Below, one piece after another: positions 20,973-30,234 of a DNA stretch of 64,000 nucleotides. The position numbers and the translations under genes were made by a program. Every line of letters begins with the position of its first letter. The stretch's first letter is position 1. The notes beneath the pieces were generated by a model. It saw nothing but the letters and a program-made list of their open reading frames with translations. It was not told the origin of the DNA and did no database searches. Source of the stretch: Chloroflexota bacterium (lineage in GTDB: Bacteria; Chloroflexota; UBA11872; JBHOQS01); assembly GCA_042408875.1 (NCBI GenBank), contig JBHOQS010000014.1, positions 2,891-66,890 on the forward strand. The letters run 5' to 3'.

Positions 20973-21018
20973 AGCATAGCACGCCCGGGCGGGTATGGAG
21001 TCAGGGATTCCCCTGACT
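20973..21018 (-). promoter_or_regulatory. Extended -10 promoter with upstream palindromic activator site
   Basis: Minus strand TG-C-TATGCT (-10 at 20978-20973). Palindrome AGTCAGGG-N4-CCCTGACT at 20999-21018. Confidence 0.55.
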
Positions 21019-21438
21019 GTTTGCTCCGATCGCGGTCGAGCGATCCTCCTTCTCCCTTCTCTTCTTTCTTTACTTATTACTATACTTTATCTTCATTATC
21101 TTCCTGACGAATGGGCCTCCCTCTGGATGAACATAGAGCAGGGTAGTCGAGGACAGGTGATCGTGAGGCTGGCGAATCTCGGCTGCGTACACCAGGCTGT
21201 CATTGCCGCCCGACAGCATGTGTTCGATTGCAGCAACCTTGACTTGCCGGCACAAATCTGTATACTCCATACTCCGACTCCATACTCCGCGCCACTGTCG
21301 TGCCGCCTGCTGGCTCTGTATGTGCCTGTATGCCCGGCACCGGGGCCGGGCCCGATGCGCGCTCTATGGCTGCATGAGCACCCGTGAGCAGTGTCAACGG
21401 AGCACCCCTGGCCGGATCGATGGCTTCAGGGAGGTGCC

Positions 21439-22149
21439 ATGCCTGCACCAGCGTCCCGCCACGGCGCATACCGGGATGCACCTCTGGGCAACATCCGTAT
21501 CCTCCTCGTCGATGACCACACCATTCTGCGCGCCGGCCTGCGCCTGCTCCTGGAGGCAGAGCCAAACCTGACCGTCGTCGGGGAGGCGGGAAGCGGAGCG
21601 GAGGCGCTGGAACAGGCGCGTACGCTCCAGCCGGATGTGATCGTCCTGGACCTCGGTCTGCCGGGGATGAGCGGTTTAGACGTGCTGCGCGAGGTCCGCC
21701 AGCGCGTTCCCAGCGCCCGTGTGCTGGTGCTGTCGATGTACACCAATGAGGACATCGTGCGGCACGTCTTTCTCGCTGGTGGCCTGGGCTTTGTGACCAA
21801 GCGCGCCACGGCCCAGGAGATTACTGAGGCGATCCGCACGGTCTTCCGCGGCGGGCGGTACCTATCGGCGGACCTGGCGTACCTGCGCGAGTACGCCATC
21901 CGGCAGGCGAGGGCGGCGGAATGCGCACGCGGCGAGCTCTCCCAGCGGGAGCGTGAGGTCCTGCGGCTGATCGCCTCTGGCTATGCGACCAGCGAGATCG
22001 CAGCCCGGCTCAGCATCAGCCCGAAGACCGTCGAGACGCATCGCCGCCGCATCATGGCGAAGCTGAAGCTCTCAAGCCGGCCCGAGCTGGTCCGCTATGC
22101 CTTGGAGCACGGGATCATTCTGCCCGAAGGCCCGCCGGCAGGATCGTGA
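21439..22149 (+). CDS. NarL/LuxR family response regulator
   Basis: ILLVDDH, VLDLGLPGMSG, LSQREREVL...ISPKTVETHR; GGAGG RBS. Confidence 0.95.
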   Translation: MPAPASRHGAYRDAPLGNIRILLVDDHTILRAGLRLLLEAEPNLTVVGEAGSGAEALEQARTLQPDVIVLDLGLPGMSGLDVLREVRQRVPSARVLVLSMYTNEDIVRHVFLAGGLGFVTKRATAQEITEAIRTVFRGGRYLSADLAYLREYAIRQARAAECARGELSQREREVLRLIASGYATSEIAARLSISPKTVETHRRRIMAKLKLSSRPELVRYALEHGIILPEGPPAGS

Positions 22150-22225
22150 AAGGGCAGCGCCAGGCGGTGCAGAGGGCTCTGCGTGGCGGTGGATGGCCAT
22201 GAGCAGCTTATGCGCATGCGCTGCT

Positions 22226-23002
22226 CTAGCGCCCGCTGTGGGCCACCGAGCGTAGACTGTGCACGCTCCTGGGCTGAGCTGACGGAAAGGGCAGCAGGCG
22301 CTCGAACGCATCGCGTATGGCGGTGTAGTCCTCGCAGACGAGGTGCTCCAGGCCGCGGCGGTCCTGGATGGTCACTTCGCCGCGTCGGTGGGTGATCAGC
22401 CCCGCCTGCTGGAGCGCGCCGATGGCAAGCGTAACCGTGGCACGGCGGACGCCGAGCATCGCGGCAAGGTTTTCCTGGGTGAGGGGGAAGCGATCCTCCC
22501 AGAGGCAGTCGTGCAGGTGCAGCAGCCAGCGCGCCAGCCGCTCCTCAACCGTATGCAGCCGGTTACAGGCGGCGGTGCGGGCGATCTGGATCAGGAAGAC
22601 TTCCACGAAACGCAGCAGCGTGGCCAGCAGCGCGCTGTCCTCGTGCAGCGCGTGCCGGAAGTCGCCCAGCGGGATGCGCAGTCCTTCGCCTTCAACCTGC
22701 ACAATGGCTTCGTGGGGGCTCACCTCCTCACCTGCCAGCGCGGGGGTTCCCACCATGCCCTCGAAGCCAGTGGTAGCCACGTCTACACTGCGGCCGTCAC
22801 GCATGAGCACAAGGTGTGCGACGGCCCCGCTAAAGGGAAAGTACACATACTCGATAGGGCTGCCGGTGTGCATGAGATGCTGTCCAACCGCCACTCGCAC
22901 GAGCCTGCCACGGGCTTGCAACCGCTCCCGTGAGGACAGCGGCAGGCTCATGAGGAGACGGTTGGCGCCCGGCCTGGGGCGACTGTGCGGAGCAGACATC
23001 AT
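22226..23002 (-). CDS. Crp/Fnr family transcriptional regulator
   Basis: NRLL, YVYFP, GFEGMVG, ACNRLHTVEERLARWLL, LTQENLAAMLGVRRATVT HTH. Confidence 0.93.
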   Translation of the reverse strand: MMSAPHSRPRPGANRLLMSLPLSSRERLQARGRLVRVAVGQHLMHTGSPIEYVYFPFSGAVAHLVLMRDGRSVDVATTGFEGMVGTPALAGEEVSPHEAIVQVEGEGLRIPLGDFRHALHEDSALLATLLRFVEVFLIQIARTAACNRLHTVEERLARWLLHLHDCLWEDRFPLTQENLAAMLGVRRATVTLAIGALQQAGLITHRRGEVTIQDRRGLEHLVCEDYTAIRDAFERLLPFPSAQPRSVHSLRSVAHSGR

Positions 23003-23499
23003 AGGCGCTCCTTTCAGGCCGCTTGGCCGTATCCTTGTACTGCAATAACCGCCATACGTCTGAGGCATCCGAGGCATCTGAGGTATCTCACGGCGATCTT
23101 CACCCAAGTTCTATAGTATATCATTAGTATATTCTTGCATAGCGATGTAGTGATCATTCCTGCTTGGCGGGCGCCAAATATGTTCGCCCTGTGTGCAGCA
23201 GCCTTCGTCAGTGCACAGCTACCCTGATGAATTCGTGATATCTGTGCGATAGCGTACCGACGCGTTGGAAGCGGGCCAAGATAATCTGCCTGCTTTACGT
23301 TTGCTCCCTTGCCGCTCGCCTATCACCTGAGAGTCGATGCTTGAGTGCCGGGTCGAAGAGACACAAGAGCGAGAGGAACGCCTCGTATGGCACTTCCAGC
23401 CCGGCGTGAGAGGCCATCGCATAGGCTGGTGAACTGATCCACGTGGACGCCCCAGAGAAGGAAGACGTCGTGCAGACGAGGAAGGGCAAGGTCCGGCGC

Positions 23500-23765
23500 C
23501 TGGCCAGGTATTCTTTCAGCTCATTGAGGCGGCGCCAGATGGACTGGTCGCGGTAAGTGAAGAAGGCACGATCGTCTTCATGAACAGCACAGCCGAGCAG
23601 CTTTTTGGCTACAGCCGTGCGGAACTGGCCGGCCAGCCGGTGGAGGCTCTCCTGCCCGAACGGTTCCGCGCGGCACACAGGCGCTATCGCCAGGCGTACA
23701 TGGCTGCACCGCAGCGCCGGCCAATGGGCAGCGGTCTGGAACTGTGGGCGCGGCGCAAGGAGTGA
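23500..23765 (+). pseudogene. Truncated PAS domain (N-terminus of a sensor protein)
   Basis: FQLIEAAPDGLVAVSEEGTIVFMNSTAEQLFGYSRAELAGQPVEALLPER...RPMGSGLELWARRKE*. No in-frame start; ends mid-domain. Confidence 0.8.
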
Positions 23766-24171
23766 AGACGCGTCGCTGGAGGAGGTCGCGACGCTGATGC
23801 TCCAGCACGAGATCGGCGCAGTCCCGATCGTGGATGGCCGCGGCAGGCTCGTGGGGATCATCACCGAGTCCGACTTCACAGGCAAAGAGCGCGGGTTCCC
23901 CTTCTCAGCCTATCGGGCTCCGCAGGTCCTCGGGGAGTGGATCACACCGGACGGGATCGAGCGCATCTACGCGGCGGCGCGCACCAGGAAGGCGAAGGAG
24001 ATCATGAGCACGTCGGTGATGACCGCCCGGGAGGACGAGCCGGTCACCGCCGTGGTCGAGCGGATGATCCACTACGATCTGCACCGCATCCCGGTGGTGC
24101 GCGATGGCGTGCCGGTGGGGATGGTGACGCGGCACGACCTTCTCAAGCTGATGCTGGACACCGCGCGATAG
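23762..24171 (+). pseudogene. CBS domain pair protein lacking its N-terminus
   Basis: EDASLEEVATLMLQHEIGAVPIVD...GIITESDF...IPVV...GMVTRHDLL. Joined directly to the PAS fragment. Confidence 0.8.
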
Positions 24172-24279
24172 CTCGGTCGGCCGGAGAGGCCAGCGTAGCG
24201 CTGCGCGCGACGTCTTACCCTACCCCGGCCATTACGTTGCTCTGGGGAAGCACCCCCTCTCTGGAGGGTGGGTGGACGC

Positions 24280-25440
24280 GCGTAAGTAGGTAGGAAGGCG
24301 CTGAGCAGGAGGAACAGTCCAACAGCAAGCATCGCGCTGCGCAACGTGCCCGTGGCGTCGGCGGCCAGGCCGGCCAGGGCTGCGCCGAGAGGTTGGGCGA
24401 ACTCCCACGCTGCGCTGCCCAGCCCGGTGAACTCGCCCGCGCGCCGCCGCGGGATAAGGTCGGCTAGCAGTGGCAGGAGCACTGCTGTGCACAGCGCGTT
24501 GGCCGCGCCTGTCACCAGCAGCGCGGCCACGGCCTGCGGGACCGTTCGCACCTGCGATCCGGCGAGCGCGCTCAGGCCCATAGCCACGAGCCCGGCAAGG
24601 AGCACGGTCTTCTTGCCGTACCGGTCGCCCAGCCAGCCGGCAGGTAAGGTGCACACCGCCGTGGCCACGATGGCGACCATGAGCAGGCGAAATGCAGTGG
24701 CCTCATCGGTGCCGAGCTCGCGTATGCCGAAGCGCGTGAGGAACGGCACCACACCTCCGGTGCCCAGCCAGAAGAACAGGGTGGCGAAAGGTACTTCGCG
24801 ACCTCGCGGTGCTCCAGCACATCGCGCAGGTACGCCAGCGGCCGGAAGCTCAGGGGCTCGGGAGCCGGAGGGGAGAGGACCTCCTCGCGAATGCCCAGCA
24901 GGACAAGCGCGAATCCGGCCAGCAGCCCACTGGCAACGATCGCGAAGACCAGCCCCTCGCGCCGTGCCCAGAGCTGCGCGGCCAGCGATAGGAAAGAGAA
25001 GCTGGCCAAGCCCGCTGGCCAGCGCCAGCACAGCGCCAACCCGCGCCCGCTGCCCGCCTGGCACGAGGTTGGCCAGCAGGGCAAGATAGGGCCCGTAAGC
25101 GAAAGCCAGGGCAGTGGTCATGACTAGGAGCACAAGGAGCATTGCCCACAGCGGCGGCCGCAATGCTCAGGCCAGCATTGCGGCCGCCGCTAGGGGAATA
25201 CCCGCGAGAATATACGGGCGCCTGCGGTCCAGGGGCGTGTGTGTGCGATCGCTGAGCGCCCCGGCCACGATCTGGGAGAGCCCGGCCAGTGGAGGGTGCT
25301 TCTGCGAGAGGACGCCGATCACAGCATTGGGCAGACCAGGGCTGGCCAGATACAGGGGTAGCACCGCATTGGTGAAGGCGAACATCATGCCGGCGCCGAT
25401 GTTCCCTGCGCCATAGAGCAGCACCTGAAGCCAGGTGGTC
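24280..25440 (-). pseudogene. MFS transporter, multiply frameshifted
   Basis: GALSDRTHTPLDRRRPY and AGWLGDRYGKK motifs spread over ORFs 25167-25535, 24572-25084 and 24072-25163. Confidence 0.85.
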
Positions 25441-25590
25441 GACACAGGCGACGCCGGACCTAGAGTACGCAATCGACTGCTCGCGTAGTGGGGCAAGCTC
25501 CGGTGCGCACAGTTCAGCGCCCCAGTCTGACGCACGACCCTGCTGGGCGGACCTGGTGGAGCAGGCTGACGCTACAGATCGCGCGCTATC

Positions 25591-26199
25591 ATGGCGCGTT
25601 ATCTCGAATGGTACCATCGTATCGAGTGCAGCGGGACAGAGCATGTGCCACTCACTGGCCCGCTCCTGGTCGTGGCAAACCACGCCAGCAACCTCGATCC
25701 TCTGGCGCTGGCCTATGGCATCCGCCGCCCGCTGCACTTCCTGGCCGCCAGGGGGCTGTTCCGCATTCCCCTGGTAGGATACGTGCTCCGCCAGTGGGGC
25801 GCAATACCGGTCGAGCCTGGTGGGCTCGATATCGCGGCGGTACGCGCCTGCGTGACCATCCTGCGCACAGGCGGGGCGCTGGCCGTCTTCCCGGAGGGGA
25901 CGCGCTCGCGCGATGGAAGGCTCCAGCCGTTCAAGAGCGGCCCGGCCAGGATGGCTATCCTGGCGCAGGCTCCGGTCCTGCCGGCTGGCCTTCTGGGCAC
26001 CTTCGAGGCGCTGCCGCCAGGCGCGCTGTTCCCCAGGCCGGTGAAGCTGCGCGTGCGCTACGGTCGGCCGTTTGAGTTGCATGAGTATTACGGCAGGCGC
26101 CTCACCGAGGCTGACGTGGCTGCCGCCACCAGGCGGCTGCGCGACGCCGTTGCCGCCTCCTTTCACTTCACTTATATTGCCTGCTTATTATTACTATAA
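25591..26199 (+). CDS. Lysophospholipid acyltransferase (PlsC-like), ends possibly eroded
   Basis: NHASNLD and FPEGTRS motifs. C-terminus runs into an AT-rich tract. Confidence 0.85.
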   Translation: MARYLEWYHRIECSGTEHVPLTGPLLVVANHASNLDPLALAYGIRRPLHFLAARGLFRIPLVGYVLRQWGAIPVEPGGLDIAAVRACVTILRTGGALAVFPEGTRSRDGRLQPFKSGPARMAILAQAPVLPAGLLGTFEALPPGALFPRPVKLRVRYGRPFELHEYYGRRLTEADVAAATRRLRDAVAASFHFTYIACLLLL

Positions 26200-26309
26200 T
26201 TATATTATAATTATATTACTATAGCACTATGATACTATACATTGGCAATTGAGTAGCTATTATTGTGCATCCACTGCAACGGGTGCGCTTCGTTCGGGCT
26301 GCGAGCAGC

Positions 26310-26480
26310 GCGCTACGTAGCCGCTCCCCTTGTCCGGGTAAAGGCCTTCGTGCCACTCCTCTATAGGGCCGTGCTGGAGGTTCCGCAGGTCCCAGAGGTG
26401 CCACGACGCGCCATCAGCAGTGGCAGGCAGGGTGATAGAGCATGCCCGCGAGGGCTGAGAGACAGAAGAGGGATCGCAGG
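26310..26480 (-). pseudogene. Degenerate paralog of the 71-aa protein at 20599-20814
   Basis: RACSITLPATADGASWHLWDLRNLQHGP aligns with RPCYVALLADEEGALWHVWDLHDPCNGP; GTKAF follows after a frameshift. Confidence 0.6.
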
Positions 26481-26820
26481 GATTGGCTGCACCGCCACCG
26501 GCATAGCGGCCTCCTTGCCACCAGGTATCCTGAGCCATGCTTATACGCCCGGCCATATACTGCCTTGCGCCACTGCATGCGCCCGGGACTGGTCACAGCA
26601 CGGTAGGCAGAAACGCCTCCTCATAAACAAGCAGAGCACGTCCGCCGGCCACTGCTCGTGGGATCCCCGACCGTGTCTGGAATGGCTCCGTGCGCCTTGT
26701 GTGCCCCTTGAGGGCTTACCAGCTCCCTTTGCTTGTGTTAGTGTATGTCAACGTATGTCTCGAAATAGCGTCAGTAATCGTTCAGTAATCGAGCAGACGC
26801 GCTTGAGGGCTCTAGGGGAG

Positions 26821-26903
26821 TGCCGGGTAAGGGACTCGAACCCTTACAGCCTTGCGGCCACCAGATCCTAAGTCTGGCGTGTCTGCCATTCCACCAACCC
26901 GGC
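26821..26903 (-). tRNA. tRNA-Leu (anticodon TAG)
   Basis: GCCGGGT acceptor stem, CCAGA-CTTAGGA-TCTGG anticodon arm, long variable arm, GGTTCGAGTCC T-arm. No encoded CCA. Confidence 0.95.
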
Positions 26904-26939
26904 ATAGGGCTGCGGCACCAGGCCCGGCAGCCATCTTCA

Positions 26940-26969
26940 AGTGTACCCAGCCTTCCAGGACAGCGTCAA
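26940..26969 (-). promoter_or_regulatory. Sigma70-type promoter for tRNA-Leu(TAG)
   Basis: TTGACG-18 nt-TACACT on the minus strand. Confidence 0.55.
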
Positions 26970-27115
26970 ACTGCGGCTCCGCCGGCTTGACGCCGGGTAC
27001 AGAATACGCTATGAAGCAGTCCTGACCGGGCTTACGGCACCCTGCAGAGGCTGGTACGCCCGAGCCAGCACGGCGTGTGCCACGCCGTGCTCACCCCCTG
27101 GAGGAACAGATACCT

Positions 27116-28207
27116 ATGCCGAAGAAGGATCCCAACAGCATTGGCTTCGCCGTCGTAGGGTACGGAGTCATCGGGGCACATCACTGCCGGGCGATCAACG
27201 AAGCGGCAGGCGCGGAGCTGGTCGCCACCTGCGATATCGACGCAGAGGCAGCCCGCGCCGGAGGAGAGAAATGGGGCGTCCCCTGGTATACGTCCCTGAG
27301 CGAGCTGCTGGCCAATCCAGACGTCGATGTGGTGAACGTGTGCGTGCCCACCGGCCTGCATGCCGAGGTGGGTATTGCCGCCGCACGCGCCGGCAAGCAC
27401 GTGGTCTGTGAGAAGCCACTTGACGTGAACCTGGAGAAGGCCGACGCGCTGATCCGCGCCTGCCGCGAGAATGGCGTGAAGCTCGCCGCGATCTTCCAGC
27501 GGCGGCTGCACCCGCTCAGCCGCCGCATCAAGGACGCCGTGGACTCCGGCCGGCTGGGACGGATCGTCTATGCCGATATCCATCTCTACTGGTATCGCAC
27601 ACCGGAATACTATGCTGGTGGGCGGCCGCCCGGCTGGCGCGGCACCTGGAAATACGATGGCGGCGGCGCCTGCATGAACCAGGGCATCCACTCCGTGGAC
27701 TTCATCCAGTGGATCGTCGGGCCGGTGCGCAGCGTCTTCGCGAAGACCGGTACGTTTACGCACAACATCGAGGCTGAGGACGTCGGTACGGCGACGATCC
27801 AGTTTGTCAATGGCGCGCTCGGCAATATTACGTGTACTACCAGCGCCTATCCCGGCCTGACGAACGACTTCCATCTGATTGGCGAGCGCGGCAGCATTGT
27901 GGTCCAGGACAACGACAAGGTGCTCACCTGGCGTATTCAGCAGGGAGATGTGGCGAAGGAGAAGGCCGAAGAGGCGCAGATGCGCGAGTGGTACTCCGGG
28001 AGCCGCGAGTCGCCGTCGGCCGACCCGGCCGCGCTGGGGAGCGTGGGCAAGGATGGCCACACCATGCACATTGAGGATATGGTGCAGGCTATCCGCGAGA
28101 ACCGCGATCCAGTGATCCCCGGCGAGCAGGCGCGGCACGCTATCGAGATTATCCTGGCTATCTACGAGTCCGCCCGCACTGGCCGGGAGATCACCCTGCC
28201 GCTGTAG
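27116..28207 (+). CDS. Gfo/Idh/MocA family oxidoreductase
   Basis: VVGYGVIG, HVVCEKP, WRGTWKYDGGGACMNQGIH. Confidence 0.93.
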   Translation: MPKKDPNSIGFAVVGYGVIGAHHCRAINEAAGAELVATCDIDAEAARAGGEKWGVPWYTSLSELLANPDVDVVNVCVPTGLHAEVGIAAARAGKHVVCEKPLDVNLEKADALIRACRENGVKLAAIFQRRLHPLSRRIKDAVDSGRLGRIVYADIHLYWYRTPEYYAGGRPPGWRGTWKYDGGGACMNQGIHSVDFIQWIVGPVRSVFAKTGTFTHNIEAEDVGTATIQFVNGALGNITCTTSAYPGLTNDFHLIGERGSIVVQDNDKVLTWRIQQGDVAKEKAEEAQMREWYSGSRESPSADPAALGSVGKDGHTMHIEDMVQAIRENRDPVIPGEQARHAIEIILAIYESARTGREITLPL

Positions 28208-28281
28208 CGCAAGGACCGGCTGTGGGGGCCGAGAAGGAAGCCCGCAGGACAGCGAAGGGCGATGAGAGGGGAGAAGACGCA

Positions 28282-29172
28282 GTGGAGCCGGGCTTTGAGG
28301 TGCATGATCCGGCCTTGTATCGCTTGATCCCGCAGGGGACGCCGATCGAGCGTATCGCCGGCGGGTTCGGCTTCACCGAGGGGCCGGTGTGGCGGGGTGA
28401 CCATCTGCTATTCAGTGATATCCCGCGCAACCGCATCGTGTGCTGGCGCGAGTTGCCTGAGGGTCCGGAGGTGACGACGTTCCGGTACCCCAGCGGCAAT
28501 TCGAACGGCCTGACGCTCGACCGCCAGGGACGGCTGATCGCCTGCGAGCATGGCAACCGGCGCGTCTCGCGCACTGAGCCGGATGGCACTGTGATCAGCC
28601 TGGCTGAGCGCTACGAAGGCAGGCGCCTGAACAGCCCTAACGATGTGGTGGTGAGATCCGACGGCGGCGTGTACTTCACCGATCCACCGTATGGCCTGCG
28701 CAACCTCACCGAGGGCAAGGAGCTACCGTTCCAGGGGGTCTACCGCATCGAGCCGGACGGCCGGCTCACGCTGCTGGTTGACGATTTTGAGCGGCCCAAT
28801 GGCCTGGCGTTCTCGCCCGACGAGACGGTACTGTACATCGATGACAGCGCCAGACGCCACATCCGCGCCTTCGACGTCCGGCCAGATGGGACGCTTGTGA
28901 ACGGCCGCGTCTTCTTTGAGATGCAGTCGCCTGACAGCGGCAGTCCCGATGGCATGAAAGTGGATGTCCAGGGGAATATCTTCTGCACCGGGCCCGGTGG
29001 TATCTGGGTGCTGACGCCTGCCGGCCGGCTCCTCGGCCGGATCATCGTGCCGGAGCAGCCGGCCAACCTGGCCTGGGGCGGGCCGGACTGGAGCACGCTC
29101 TTCATTACCGCCCGCACCAGTGTCTACCGCCTGCGTACGGCGACCACGGGTATACGGGTGGGAAGTGAGTAG
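28282..29172 (+). CDS. SMP-30/gluconolactonase family protein
   Basis: FTEGPVW, SNGL, LNSPND, FTDPPYG, PNGLAFSPD, PDGMKVD. Confidence 0.93.
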   Translation: MEPGFEVHDPALYRLIPQGTPIERIAGGFGFTEGPVWRGDHLLFSDIPRNRIVCWRELPEGPEVTTFRYPSGNSNGLTLDRQGRLIACEHGNRRVSRTEPDGTVISLAERYEGRRLNSPNDVVVRSDGGVYFTDPPYGLRNLTEGKELPFQGVYRIEPDGRLTLLVDDFERPNGLAFSPDETVLYIDDSARRHIRAFDVRPDGTLVNGRVFFEMQSPDSGSPDGMKVDVQGNIFCTGPGGIWVLTPAGRLLGRIIVPEQPANLAWGGPDWSTLFITARTSVYRLRTATTGIRVGSE

Positions 29173-29312
29173 AGTAAGGAGTACTGCGTCCTGCGTACCA
29201 CCCACCCTCGGGCAAGCGCCGTACTGTAACGAAGGGAGTTGCCTTAGATGATTTCGCATGACGGCATTACGCAATACGCGGTACACAGGGGCCGGGGGCG
29301 GGAGGGAGACTC

Positions 29313-29558
29313 ATGTTGCTTGAGGTGCGCGAGGGCGTCTTCGTAGATCTGCGCGAGATGCTCGGCATCTTCGACCCGCGCACAGCCAACCTACCAGCCA
29401 GCGACACCACGGAAGCCCTGCCCACCGCCGGACCGGGTCCGGCGGCGCTCGTGCTCACCGACCGCGGTGTGGTGCCTGCGGCGTTCGATCCGCAGCGCCT
29501 GGCGCAGCAGGCGCAGGCGCTCTCGGTCCGGCTAAGGCCCCAACCTGGGTCGGGGTGA
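29313..29558 (+). CDS. Small protein resembling RemB/DUF370
   Basis: MLLEVREGVFVDLREMLGIFD...ALVLTD pattern and GGAGGGAG RBS. 3' end overlaps the convergent maf tail. Confidence 0.5.
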   Translation: MLLEVREGVFVDLREMLGIFDPRTANLPASDTTEALPTAGPGPAALVLTDRGVVPAAFDPQRLAQQAQALSVRLRPQPGSG

Positions 29559-30234
29559 CCCGCTCGATCGCGCCCGCCTCTTCCAGGAGGCGCAGGGCAG
29601 TACGCACTGGCAGGCCTACGACGTTGGGGTAGGAGCCGCTGATGCGCTCGACAGGCCTGAACTCTTGGTTCTGGATCGCATACGCCCCGGCCTTGTCCAG
29701 CGGATCGCCGGTGGCAACGTATGCGGCGATCTCCTCGTCGGTGTAGGGGCGCATCAGCACGCGGGTGGTCACCGCCGCGGTGCGCTCCTGCGGTCTGCCG
29801 GAGGCGTCGGGGGCGATCACCGCCACGCCGGTAGTGACCCGATGCCAGCGGCCACGCAGGCGGCGTAGCATGGCCACGGCCTCCTCCGGGGAGGCCGGCT
29901 TGCCCAGCATCTCACCATCGAGCGCGACGACGGTGTCGGCTGCCAGGACCGCGGCGTCGGGACGCTGCTGCGCTACCGCGCGCGCCTTTGCCAGCGCTGC
30001 CAGCACGGCGTAGTGGCGCGGCCCGCGGGCGGGAATGCCCTCCTCATCAGCGCCCGAGGGCACCACCTCGAAACGCAGCCCGACAGCGCGCAGCAGCGCC
30101 TCACGGCGGGGCGAGGCGGAGGCAAGCACCAGTGGCAGCTTCTGGCGATAGCGTGGCCGGCCTGGGCGCGCACGCGGCGGGCGGGGCAGGACATCCTGGG
30201 CTACGCTGGTGTCCGTCCAATCTGTGCGAGCCAT
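29455..30234 (-). CDS. maf: Maf family nucleotide pyrophosphatase
   Basis: LASASPRR, ADTVV, GKP, DKAGAYAIQ, NVVGLP. TGATG coupling to the upstream gene. Confidence 0.92.
   Translation of the reverse strand: MARTDWTDTSVAQDVLPRPPRARPGRPRYRQKLPLVLASASPRREALLRAVGLRFEVVPSGADEEGIPARGPRHYAVLAALAKARAVAQQRPDAAVLAADTVVALDGEMLGKPASPEEAVAMLRRLRGRWHRVTTGVAVIAPDASGRPQERTAAVTTRVLMRPYTDEEIAAYVATGDPLDKAGAYAIQNQEFRPVERISGSYPNVVGLPVRTALRLLEEAGAIERVTPTQVGALAGPRAPAPAAPGAADRTPQAPHRGR

Noticed and set aside
21070-21270. 66-aa ORF as a possible gene remnant
   Set aside because: No recognisable family, and it runs into a low-complexity AT tract.
23343-23353. attL duplicate of the tRNA-Leu(TAG) 3' end (GAGTGCCGGGT); weaker match near 12918
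   Set aside because: Only 11 bp, partly outside the tRNA, expected by chance at this GC, and no integrase nearby.
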